Part shown: piece by piece, positions 11,795 to 24,759 of the stretch
How the letters are laid out: every line of letters begins with the position of its first letter
Position numbering within the stretch: position 1 is the stretch's first letter
Source: the human T2T-CHM13v2.0 reference genome, Homo sapiens
Reading direction: 5' to 3' (one strand)
Length of the DNA: 64,000 nucleotides
NCBI RefSeq assembly: GCF_009914755.1
Contig: NC_060926.1
Notes under the pieces: generated by a model
What the model saw: only the letters and a program-made list of their open reading frames with translations
The model's database searches: none
Told to the model about the DNA's origin: nothing
Program-made: the position numbers and the translations under genes

Positions 11795-13625
11795 GAATCC
11801 ATCACTCTGCTGAAACTGCTCTTTCAAGGTCATGGGCCATCTGACCCATGTTGAAAACTCCAAAGGAAATTATAAGTGCCCATTTTATTTGACCTGTCAA
11901 AAGCATTGGACATACAGTTGAACACTCTGTCATCCTTGAAAACTTTACTTAAATTCCACACCAACAGACACTTCTGGCTTACTTTCTATCACACTGACAG
12001 CTCCTTTATAGTCTTATTTGCTGATCTCTTCTCTTTCCAGAACTCTTAATTTTAGAGTGTCCTATGGCTCAGTCCTTGGTCTTCACTCTAATTTATGGAT
12101 AGTGATTCCTTTGATGTTCTTATCTAGTCTCACCTGTTTTTTGACAACTTCTAAATTTATATTTGCAGATGAGCTCACCACTGAACGCTGGTATAAATTA
12201 TACCCTTCAATTCAACTTTTCCCTATGCTATTTAATGAACATCTTCAACTTAACTAGTCACAAAGTCAACTTCAAAACTTCCCTTAAAACTTGCTATTAC
12301 CAATTAATAACAACTTCATCTATCTAGCTGCTCAGGTCAAAATTTTGTGTTTATCTCTGACTCCTCTTTTTATCCCATTCCACAGTTCCAATTCGCCAGA
12401 ATATCTTTTTGGCTCAAACTTCAAAATATATTTAGGAAACAAAAACACTTCTTATAGGCCCTACTGCTACAGTCTTTGTCTAAGACTTCACCTCTCACTG
12501 GATTATTGCAAAACCCTCATATTCCTGCACTGCTTTCATTCCTGTTCCTCTGTAGTCTAAGATCAGCTTCAGTGGACTGCCAAAAATGGCCAAATATTCT
12601 TTCTCTTCTATCAAGATGTGAAGCCTATGAACATGCTTTGGCCAATGAGACATAAACTATTAATGATAAGATACGAGTAGAGGTGTGAAAAGTATGTGTG
12701 CATTTGGACTTGTCCTGTTTCTGTTCTTGAAAACCTTTGGAATCCCAATAAGATGAAGAATTCCAGTCTAGCCTAATGGATGATGGAACACACACGGTCC
12801 AGTAGCCTCCGTCTTCCAGTCCGACAACCATCTAAACTCCAAAAGTAAGACCACATACCTAACCAGCCGCTGACCACAGACACATGAACGGACCTAAGGA
12901 GACTTAACGGAGGAACAATTTAGCTCAGTCTAGCTCTGCCCAAGTTGCTGACCCTCAGAATATTGACCTAAATAAATGTTTATTGGTTTAAGCCACTAAA
13001 TTTAGGTGGTTTGAAATGCAGTAAATGCTACCTGAAACATTAACAAAGCAGACAATGTAAATTGTTGAAAATTTTGTTTTAAGTTAGATCCTATCATTCC
13101 TCTGCTCAAAACCCTGTAAAGCCAGTGTCCTTATAGTAGCCTATAAAATTGTACATGTTGTGGGGCCCTCTTCCCCCTCTGACCCCATCGCCTTTTACTC
13201 TTCCCCTTGCTCAGATCCTCTAGCCATACTGGTGTCCTCTTGTTCTCAAACTCAGCAGACACATTCCACTTTAAGGCCTTTACCCTGGCTCTTCTCTCTG
13301 CTTAGAGCATTCTACTAGCAGCTGTCCTTTTGGCTAAATCCCTTCCTTCATCAAGCCTTTGCTCACCTTCTAACCATTTCATTAAAAGTTCTCTCTCACT
13401 CAGAACTTCAATCTACTTACTATGATTCATTTTTTTTCATTCAAAGAAGTGATGTACAACATGCTTTACTTAGTCACGATGTTTATTGTCTAACTCCTCT
13501 GCACTAGAATGTACAATACTTATGTCTAAGGATTTTTGTCTGTTATGTTTAATGCTGAATTTCCACCACATACAACAATTCCTGGCATAGATTAGGTTCG
13601 AAATAAATATTGTTCAGTGAATGAG
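11795..13625 (+). mobile_element. L2 LINE 3' region, interrupted by an MLT1 LTR
   Basis: CTGAAACTGCTCTTTCAAGGTCA; CACTGGATTATTGCAA; CATTCCTCTGCTCAAAACCCT; 3' end CCTGGCATAG...AATAAATATTG...GTGAATGA. Confidence 0.75.
12572..13040 (+). mobile_element. MLT1 (ERVL-MaLR) LTR
   Basis: CAAAAATGGCCAAA start; TGCTTTGGCCAATGAGAC; end TTTAAGCCACTAAATTTAGGTGGTTTG..ATGCAG. Confidence 0.7.
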
Positions 13626-13728
13626 TTATGGAGGACATATGAAGTGAGAAAACGAGTGTAGTCTACCTTTCAAGGAGGTTTGGTTTAGCAATTTTTAGTT
13701 CAGAGAATTTAAACTTTTTAATCCTTGC

Positions 13729-13733
<5 letters not shown>

Positions 13734-13771
<38 letters not shown>

Positions 13772-13795
13772 TCTGTCTGTCTGTGTCTATGTGTA
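13734..13795. repeat. (GT)n microsatellite with GTCT tail
   Basis: About 17 TG units seen directly. Confidence 0.95.
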
Positions 13796-14579
13796 TTAAC
13801 ATGTAGAATTATAGGACAAAGCCTGTCAGTATTGGAAGGTGCAGGAAGTGCTCTTTTCTCTCCTAATTACTAAAAAGATTCTATCTGAATAAAAACAGAA
13901 GTGTACATCAGTACTTTGAAACTGTTAAAAAATGAATGGGTATTTCAAAAGGTCAGAATTTGCTGATTGTCTTTTAAATACTCTCTTGTCTCTAAAATAT
14001 GGCATATTTATATGGTGTTATCCTTTGCATTGTGTGACCTCTGTGTTGGTCAAAGACAGGTATAGTATCCTATAATTCAATGTTTCATAAGTCAGAGTGA
14101 AATGGTCTCTTTACAAAACGAAGTTTGAAAGTAAAATTATGCTTTGCCACTAGTCTTAATTCTTAGTAAACACACCTTTAATCTTTGTGATAACTTGAGT
14201 GTATTATCTTTCATGGACTTTGCAAAGGTCACAGAAGACAATTTCCTTTTTAAATAGATCCTTGCAAGCATCTCATATTTGATTTGTTTGAAGATGAGCC
14301 TTTTATACTTTCCTCTCCCTTTTCCTTCATTACTAAGGTAAAAAAGCTATATGCTGTATATGCTGTATACCCTAGACTCTGCTGCTTGATGCGTTTAATT
14401 TTTTTCTTCATCATGATATTTATATTCTGAAGCTCTTTACAATGTTACCCATACTCATTAGCATGTTGATCTCTGTGCAGACTGTCACGTTACAAAAATT
14501 ATTGACTGAGACTAGGTAGAAAAATATGAACAGTATTTAGTTTAACAATAAGATTCATGACAGCAACATTTTACCCACT

Positions 14580-14735
14580 TGTTCATTCATTCATTCATTC
14601 ATCCATCCATTTATCAAATAGAAAATTATAGAGCACTTACTAGAAACCAGGCTCCCTGCTAGGTATATAGACATTAGAAATAAATATCAGACATAGGCCT
14701 TTTCCTTGAAAAGGTTAGTTTCGTAGTGGAAACAA
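14580..14735 (-). mobile_element. L2 3' end fragment
   Basis: (TTCA)n followed by GAGCACTTACTAG...CCAGGC..TGCTAGG. Confidence 0.6.
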
Positions 14736-16834
14736 ACATATGTGCTGTAAAAGAGGTCCCTATGCAAGTGCTTGTCTATATTTTCCAATACAGAACAATT
14801 GATGTGAGCAAGTATTTCATTTTTTCAATGAATTGTTTCAATATTCTATAGACAAAACATCAGAGACCTCATTTGTTTTTCTGCTGTTTGACTTAAAAGT
14901 AGCTTGGGGCATCTTCGATTGGAAGGCCTGGAAACATAAATCACCCACGGTCCAATTTTTGCTTTCTGTCTCTGCAGGGAGAAACAGCATGAACTGCAGT
15001 GGAAAGAGAACTCGACTCCACTGCTTGCATGTGTAGGCAAAATATAAATTCATATACAAAAGCCCACCATGAACTTTCTTCCATGTGTTTATAATAATCT
15101 GAACTCCTTTTGAGATCATTATGTTGCTCTGACTTAAAAACTTTTTTTGAAAACTCCTCTATTCATTTTATTTGATTTTGCCTTTATGTGTGATGAGGGA
15201 TTTATTTGGTATCTTTAGTGTCAGGTGTCATAGACACAATATTGGAGGCTATAGGTTTGATTTTCAGTTTCTTTAAGCTTGAAAATCCGGCTGAGTATTG
15301 ATCATTAATGAGACAGGGCTCAGGTGGTATTATTGTCAGTCTTCCAAGTTGAATAGAGGGACCCCCAAGGATTCAGGTACGTATTAGAAATATCTTTAGA
15401 ATGGTACACGGTTTGTAGAAGAAAGTACATTGAATTCCTTAAAGTTGGCATTTGTCTTCATGGATAAAAGCTTAGGGAACCAGATTAGATCTCTGCACTT
15501 TAGAAAGAGAAGACTATGTTAGCAAGCAATGTTATAAGAAGGCTTTACATTATGTTTATCCTGTATAAGTTATTGAAACCTATGTATCAATTTGAAGGTT
15601 GAATTGCAGAATATATGTCAGAAATTATGGAAATATAGAAGTAGAAACTAAGTGTGATGAAAAGACTTTCAAAAAGCAAAATACAAGGACATGTTCATAT
15701 GTAAATACAAGGTATAAATGAAATATAAAGAAGAATATAAAAGTTTTAGACAAGGTAATGAGATAGTGTATATGTCAGGTTGAGGAAAAATAGGAGGTGG
15801 TTTTACCTTACGGTTTAAGACTATAAAGATTACACATGCATGTATGAATGCATAAAGATTATATACAGAGAGAAATCATTAGGCAAATTTGGTAATATTT
15901 TCTAGATTAAAAATATAAAAATGAAATAAATATGCTAGTAGAGCACTTAATCCAGAAAGAGAAAGTAGATTGACCTCATGAACAGCTTATTAAAAATTAT
16001 AGGGTTAATGTCTGACTTCATGGGAAGTGTTAATTTCCTTGATACAAGTGAGATAGTGATAAACAAGTTATTGGGATGTGTTTCAAAGAGGAGTACATAG
16101 AATAATTCAATAGACTATTCTGGCTACAAGCTATCACTATTTCTGCCTTGCATTAATTAGCCTTTTTTTTTTTTTTTTTGGACTCACACCAATGACCAGA
16201 GAACCCACTCATCTGGTTGATGAATTGGAAAAGTTGAACTTTGTAAGTGAGACTTGATCCCTCTTGGAAATGCATTTCCTTATCAAACTTTCAATGAAAG
16301 AAAAAGTACAAAGTCCAGTGGATTATCTGATATAAATCATCAATAATTAATATTTCTAGAGCATTTTGTATTTTACAAAGCTTTCTCACATTTATATACC
16401 TTGCTTCTCTGGCTTCTTTTTCTTCAAGTTTATATTTAGAGATGATATTCAAAACATTTAAATATAATTAGTTATCCATTAGAATAAATGTTGGCCCTAA
16501 TGCCTATATAGCTATACAGAATTAGCCCTGATTTTTTTTCTATAATTATTTTATAAGTAGTTGTTAATATCTTGCCATATTACTATTTATTTTGAAGTCC
16601 TATTTTCAAGGAAAACTCTTGTTTTAATCAGGATAATTTTAGTTGCAAGTGACAGAAATGAAACTCAAACTGGGTTAAGCAAAAAACAAACAAACAAAAA
16701 CAAAAACAAAAACAAAAAAACCACAAAAGCAAAACAAACAAAAAAATGAAAACAATTCCTGGACAGAAATGAACTATCATTGCCATTAGAAAGGGACTCA
16801 CAAAGCAAAACATGCTTTAGAAAGGTAGAAAAGT

Positions 16835-17136
<302 letters not shown>

Positions 17137-17642
17137 AGAAAGGTAGAAAGGTTACATGATGATTAGAGTCATGATGTTTTTTCTATGGTCAAATTCGTCT
17201 GCATTCTTTGTGAAAAATAGTGATTTTTAATGTGGGCACAACTACCAGCTTGCCAAGTGACTTTAATTCACTTGTACAATGATTTATTAAGAGGAAAAAT
17301 GCTATCTTTCAATAATATAATATTCTATATAGTCTTTCATTTATTAAAACTAGATTGTAAGACACATAAAATGTTTTTAAAATATATTTTGTTCCCTTTT
17401 GATTATGTATAAATTATCTTTATTCCACCTATAGTAACCTTTCCATTAAAAAACTTTACATCTTCTTGACGGACACCTTGCTTTGTCCCACACTTTCTCG
17501 CTGTTTTCCTATTAATTTCCTTCTTATAAGACTCTTATTTAAAGGTAATCTGAACATGCTATTTATTATTGATCTTGCTGAATTTATACAAATCCAATGT
17601 ACCCTCATTTTGTACAAAGGTGCATAGTATGTGCAGCTTTGA

Positions 17643-18121
<479 letters not shown>

Positions 18122-18849
18122 AATAGTCCCTTTTTCTTCAGGCAGGTGTACCAGTAATGTATGTGTCATGACAGAATTTTGTGTAAAACATTTTCTGTAG
18201 GTTGTTTGCATGGGTCATTATGCATTTCATCAGTTTTGCTCCTTTTCCTACTTGAAATTCTCTTTCTTATCTTCTCCCCTTGGCATATTTCATAAGTTTT
18301 ACCTTCTCTGCAACATTTCCCCAGTAACCTCAAGCATTTTATCTGCTGTGAATTCCATAAAACTTTGTAAGTGGCCATTGTTATATTACTCATTACAACA
18401 TATTAAAGTTGGTTTTATTCTTTGTCTTTCCTAGGGTCCTAGGTTGTGAGAGTACAACATGTCTTTTATGTCATACATACACCCTTAGTGCAGGCTGAGT
18501 ACTGGGGTCTGGACACTCCTGGTCACCAAAATCTGTCTCTTGTACTACTTCAGATACCCTAAAATCTAAGAGAGAAATATTTCTCTTAGAACAGTTGTGA
18601 AAATCTGGAGACTCCATGAGGACATAAACTAGGTCTACCTTGTTCAGCATTGACTGCTCAGCCCTCATACACTGCCTATCAAGAATTTGTCCCTCAATGA
18701 ATATTTGTCAAAGGAATTTAAATAAATTAATAAACAGAAATAAATTTGTTAAGTGAGTAGAACCAGATCAGTGCCAAGACTTCACTCCTTTAGACTCTAA
18801 TTACTCTTTTCTTAAATACTCTTCAGGCGATACCAATGTATGTAATATA

Positions 18850-20890
18850 CAATTTTACCATCCTAAAAGTCCTCTGTGCTTCACCTATTTATCCCAGCCT
18901 CCTTGTACTCCTGGCAAAACCTGATCATCTTGCTGTCTCTACAGTTTTGTGTTTTCCGGAATGTCATAGAGTTGGAATCATATAATATGTAGCCTTTTCA
19001 TATCGAATTATTTCATTTAGCAGTATGCCTTTAAGTTTTCTCCATGTCTATTTATGGCTTGATACCTCCTTTTATTAATTGATGAATAATAGTGTGATAT
19101 AGATGTACCATAGTTTTTTCACTCAGCAACTGAAAGGCATCTTGGTTACTTCCACTTTGAGGAGATTATTAATAAAGCTGCTATAAATATTTGTGTGCAG
19201 GTTTTTCTGTGAACATAGGTTTGTATATCAACTGGATAAAGACCTAGGAATTTAATTGCTGGTTCATATATTAAAACTATATTTACCTTCGTAAAACACT
19301 GAAAAACTGTCAAAGTGGCTGTACTATTTTGCATTCCCACTAGCAACATAGAAGAGTTCCTGTTGCTCCACAATCTCGCCAGCATTTTATATTTCCAGTT
19401 TCTTTTTAATTTTAGCCATCCCAATATGCATGCATGTTACGTAGTTTTTAGATTTGCTATTCTCTGATGACATCTGATTTTGAGCATGTTTTCATGTGGT
19501 TATTTTCTATCTGCATATTTTCTGTGAGGTGTCTGTTCCGTATGTCTGTCCACTATCTAATTGTGTTGTTCGTTTCCTTATTATTGAGTTTATCTACTTT
19601 ATGTATTTTGGATGCAAGTTGTTTATCATTTAATGGATTTTGCAAATATTTTTGCCAGTCTGTGACTTGGACACTTCATTCTGTTAACAAGGCCTTTCAC
19701 AGAGCAGAAGTTTTTTATTTGAATAAAGTCTAATTTATCAATTTTTCTCTTCATTGAATTATATTTTTGATATTGTATTTAAAAACTCATGACCAAACTT
19801 AAGGTCACAGAGATTTTCCCTTTTGTTTTTTTTTCTATAAGTTTCATAATATTGCACTTTATATTTAGGTTTATGATCCATTTTGAGTTAATTTTGGTGA
19901 AAGATGGAAGATCTGTTATGGATTTATTTTTTGTATGGACATTGAATTATTTCAGCACTATTTATTGAAAACACTATGTTTTCTCCATTGAATTTATTTT
20001 GCCTCCTGAAAGATTAGCTGACTATATTTGTGAGTTTGTTCCTGGACTGTGTATTTTGTTCCATTGATATATGTATTCATTCTCTCACTAATACCAGGCT
20101 TTCATGATTTTTGTAGCTTTATAGTAAAAAAGATAGTGTCCTTCATCTAAGGTTTTTTTTTTTTTTTCAGTACTGTTTTGGCTATTCTAGACCTTCCCAT
20201 TTTTATATAAACTTTAGGCTCATTTTGTTTGTATACATGAAATTGTCTACTGGGATTTTGATTAAAATTGCATTAAATCTATGCATCAATTTCAGAAGAT
20301 TTGACATCTTACTAATATTGAGTCATCCAATACACGAACACAAACAGGCTCTCCATTTATTTAGCTTTCCTTTGATTTCTTTAGTCAGGTTTAGAGTTTA
20401 AAATAAATTCTATATTTTTTGGTTAAATTTATACTTAGATATTTCATTTTTTGGTGCCATTGTAAATGGTATTATGTTTTATTATAATTTTTTTTTAGAC
20501 AGGATCTCGCTCTCTCACCCAGGCTGAAATGCAGTGATATGATCTCCACTCACTGCAGCCTCAACTGCCCTGGCTCAAGTGATCCTCCCACCTCAGCCTC
20601 CTGAGTAGCTGGGACCACAGGTATGCATCAACAAGCTCGGCTAGGTTTTTTAAAATTATTATTTGTAGAGATGGGGTCTCACTATGTTGCCCAGGCTGGT
20701 CTCAAACTCCTGGGCTCAAGTGATCCCCCTGCCTTGGCCTCCCAGTGTTGGGATTACAGGTGTGAGCCACTGTGCCTGGCCTGGTATTATGTTTCAAATT
20801 TCAGATTCCAATTGTTTATTGTTGGCATATAGGAAAGTAATTTTTATATATTAATCTTGTATCCTACGACTTTGTTATAACTTATTAACC
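18850..20890 (-). mobile_element. L1M (MB/MC-like) ORF2 3' region and 3'UTR, antisense, interrupted by AluJ
   Basis: TTTTGCATTCCCACTAGCA; TTTTAGCCATCC; TGATCCATTTTGAGTTAATTTT; ORF 19146-19424(-) resembles L1 ORF2 C-terminus. Confidence 0.85.
20480..20781 (-). mobile_element. AluJ
   Basis: GGCTCAAGTGATCCTCCCACCTCAGCC; CACTATGTTGCCCAGGCTGG; TSD TGGTATTATGTTT at 20467-20479 and 20782-20794. Confidence 0.9.
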
Positions 20891-21109
20891 AAAGTTTTAA
20901 ATTGATAAATTGAGTATACTTTATTTGTCAAATGGCTTTCCAGTGCATTCTATCCAGCTATCATTATGAATTATTTAAATGTAAGTGCTGTGGATTATAT
21001 ATCTGCATTCCCCCATCTATTACAGCCATCACAAATCTCCCATTAAACAATCAGAAAAATGGCAGTTTTATGAACCTCAATTTTAATCCTCATTATACCA
21101 ATTACTCAC

Positions 21110-21196
21110 CCAACTTCAGTATCCTCATGTGTGAAAAGATAATAATGTCTATTCCAAAGTGTTGTTTTAAGGATCAAATAACAGACTATATATGAA
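21110..21196 (+). mobile_element. MIR fragment (appears to resume after the MLT2 at about 21714-21760)
   Basis: TTCAGTATCCTCATGTGTGAAAAGATAATAAT...GTTGTTTTAAGGATCAAAT core-like sequence. Confidence 0.55.
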
Positions 21197-21713
21197 CGCG
21201 ATGGTTAATTTTATTTGTCAACTTGACTGGCCTAAGGGACGCCCAGAGGCCCAGAAAGCTGGTGAAACATTACTTCTGAGTGTATCTCTGACAGTCTTTC
21301 TGGAAATTGGCATGTGAATGAGTCAACTGAGTAAAGAAGATCTGCCAATATCCATGTGAGCTGTTATCATCCAATCCTTCTTAACCCAAATAGCACAAAA
21401 AGAAGGAGAAAGGCAAATTTGCTCTTTCTGTTTGAGCTGGGAAATTTATCTTCTCCTGCCTTTGGACATTGGTGCTCCTGGCTCACAGGCTTTTGAACTT
21501 GGGCCAGAACTTACACCATAGGCTGCCTTCATTCTCAGGCCTTTAGACTAGACAAAATTACACCATTGGATTTCCTGGTTCTCCAGCTTGCAGATAACAT
21601 GTTGTAGAACATTCTCAGCCTCCATAGTACTGAGCCAAGTACCATAGTAAATCTCAAGTAGATCCACGTATAGCCTCTTGGTTCTGTTTCTCTAGAGAAT
21701 CCTGACTAATACA
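21197..21713 (+). mobile_element. MLT2B-like solo LTR (ERVL)
   Basis: Start GATGGTTAATTTTATTTGTCAACTTGACTGG; end TTGGTTCTGTTTCTCTAGAGAATCCTGACTAATACA. Confidence 0.88.
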
Positions 21714-22085
21714 ATACACAAAAGTGCTTAAAGACCTGTAAAGAGTTATATAAGTTTATTTAATATAATACTAGCAGTGTAATAATAGTAATAATACTAA
21801 TGCAAATACTATCAGTTGAGACCATAAACGACACTGAAATCCTGATGGTACAGAAAATACATTATATCATTCTTCTTTGCCATAATCTCTGTAAGTAATT
21901 TCCTTTCTCTCTTCACATCAGTAGGCTATACATATTAAAATAATTAATAAAAACAATAAGACTGAAAGTTATTGAATGCTCATGCCATGTAATTTTAGTT
22001 ATGTCAGTCTTTACTGGAAAACCTTAAATGCTTGAACATTTCATCCTTGAAACAGAAGGCTGTAATTGAGTAAGTCCTTGGCCTA

Positions 22086-22449
22086 TGTATTAGCGTATTT
22101 CCATGCTGCTGATAAAGACACACCCAAGGCTGGGCAATTTACAAAAGAGAGAGTTTTAATGACTTTATATTTCCACATGGCTGGAGAGGCCTCACAATCA
22201 TGGTGGAAGGCAAGGAGGAGCAAGTCACATCTTACGTGAATAGTGGCAGGCAAAGAGAGAGCTTGTGCAGGAAACTCTCATTTTTAAAAGCATCAGATCT
22301 TGTGAAACTTATTCACTATCACGAGAACAGCATGGGGAAGACCCACTCCCATGATTCAATTATCTCCCATGGATCTCTCCCACAACCTATGGGAATCATG
22401 GGAGCTACAAGATGAGATTTGGGTGGGGACACAGAGCCAAACCATATCA
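22086..22449 (-). mobile_element. THE1 (THE1A/B-like) solo LTR, ERVL-MaLR
   Basis: TGTATTAG...ATGCTGCTGATAAAGAC...GATGAGATTTGGGTGGGGACACAGAGCCAAACCATATCA, about 364 bp. Confidence 0.93.
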
Positions 22450-23297
22450 TTATGCAAACAATGAACTTTCCCCTGACATTTAGAAACATGCTAAATATTG
22501 TGTAAACATTTCTAATTCTATTTTCATTTTCATAATTAACAACAGAAAAAATAGATTAACAGAAAAAGTATACTCCATGTATCATTATAAGATTAATATA
22601 CCTTGGAAATCTTGCAAATCTAGATGACCTTTCTTTAAATCCACATTATGAGAAAATTATATGCTTTAAAATATTTGTAAGACCAGTTGTGAACATTCTT
22701 GTAGTCAGTAAATTAATCATCATATCTAATTACAAATATCAAATAAAATATTGATCATAAACTTGAAGTTTTGGCTCATCTCTGTAATTGGATGCTCTCT
22801 AGGCTGTCCTGTGCTGAAATGCTGAGTATGCATTTAGATTAGGAAATGACCATTTATTGTGACAACCAATACTTTACTTGTAATATACATTTTGCCTTAT
22901 AAAAAACCTTACAAAATTGTGCTCATTTATTATGATATAGTTGGTGATTTGTTAACATCTGTTTTTAGCTTATTTATTTCTTTAATAGGGTTTTAAAATA
23001 TTGCCTATCAATGTAGTCAGTATTTTTCTTTTAAATACAAATAAATAAAATCATGCTGTCTAAATAAATTTTATTATTTTTTAATAAATAAAATAATTTC
23101 TATACTATACTCCATTGTCTTTTTTCTTCAATTTTTTTTTTCTTTTAGTTTTGATATGACGCTTGGAAAATGCTTTCATGCATTTCACTTTTGGCTATTT
23201 TTCACACAGATTCTTGAATGTTTTCTCTAATTGACAGCTCAAAAATAAAGGTGGCAGATATTAATTAATAAGTCAAAGTTGCCAAGAGAGGCTTTGA

Positions 23298-23715
<418 letters not shown>

Positions 23716-24444
23716 TCTAATGGAACTCTTTAAGGTCCTGCTTGATGGATCTCCTTCAAAATATTATTTAGTTTGGCTTTCAAGTTAATTTGTATCCACT
23801 TTATGTTTTCCAACTTATGTGTTCGGGGTATTCAAAGTATGACAATGCTTGGGAAAGGGAAATGTGTTAGGAATGAGGAGATTTACAGGCCTGTCTGAGT
23901 TCTACCTTTATCTCTCGTGTTACCGAACAAGCATCTCTAGGACTCAGTTTGCTCCTCTGTGAAATGGAAGCATTAGTCTAGATAATCCATAGCTTCCCCC
24001 TTGCTCGGCCCTGGCAACATCAAAAACCCTAAACTGATCTGAGTTTGGCTGATAATTTATGTTGACAACCTGATTAAAAAAAAATTCTTCAGAACTCTTT
24101 CTGAAGAGCAAATTGTGACACAAGCAAATTGTGACATTCATAACTATTTCATATCTGTTTCAATAAAGTAATTATTTTAATTAACATTTTTCTATAACTC
24201 ATTAGATAAATGTATTTGGGGACCTGATAGATAATGTTATCTAAATTTAAAAATTTCCCTTAAAATGTAAATCAGTTCATGATTTTCCTCTGCTCAAAAC
24301 TATTCTCCCCCCACCTCTCCAAACACACACACAAAATAAGTAAAAATTCACCTACTGGCCTGAAAGTCTTCCTGATTTGGCATTTGATTACCTCATCCCT
24401 AGTTACTGTTTTCTTGCTCACTTTACTGGTGCTGGACTTTTAAA

Positions 24445-24759
24445 ATTTTATTTTTTCAGAGACAGAATCTCTGTCACCCAGGCTAGAGTGTAGTGGTACA
24501 ATTGCAGCTCGCTGAAGCATTGAATCCTTGAACTCAAGTGATCTTGCTGCATCACCTTCCCAAGTATCTAGGACTACTGGCATAAGCCACTAAGCCCGGT
24601 TAATTTATATATATATATATATATACATACATCATATATATGGAGATGAGGTTTTGCTATGTTGGCCCAGGCTTGTCATGAACTCCTAGGCTCAAGTGAT
24701 CCTCCCACCCGGGCCTCCCAAAGTGTTGAGATTATCAGCATGAACCACTGCGCCCAGCC
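24445..24759 (-). mobile_element. AluJ with (TA)n in the middle linker
   Basis: Diverged dimer with GGCTCAAGTGATCCTCCCACC; TA run at about 24606-24640. Confidence 0.88.

Noticed and set aside
24107-24137. Short direct duplication AGCAAATTGTGACA (similar ones near 14350, 27417 and 48625)
   Set aside because: Ordinary slippage-type micro-duplications with no further structure
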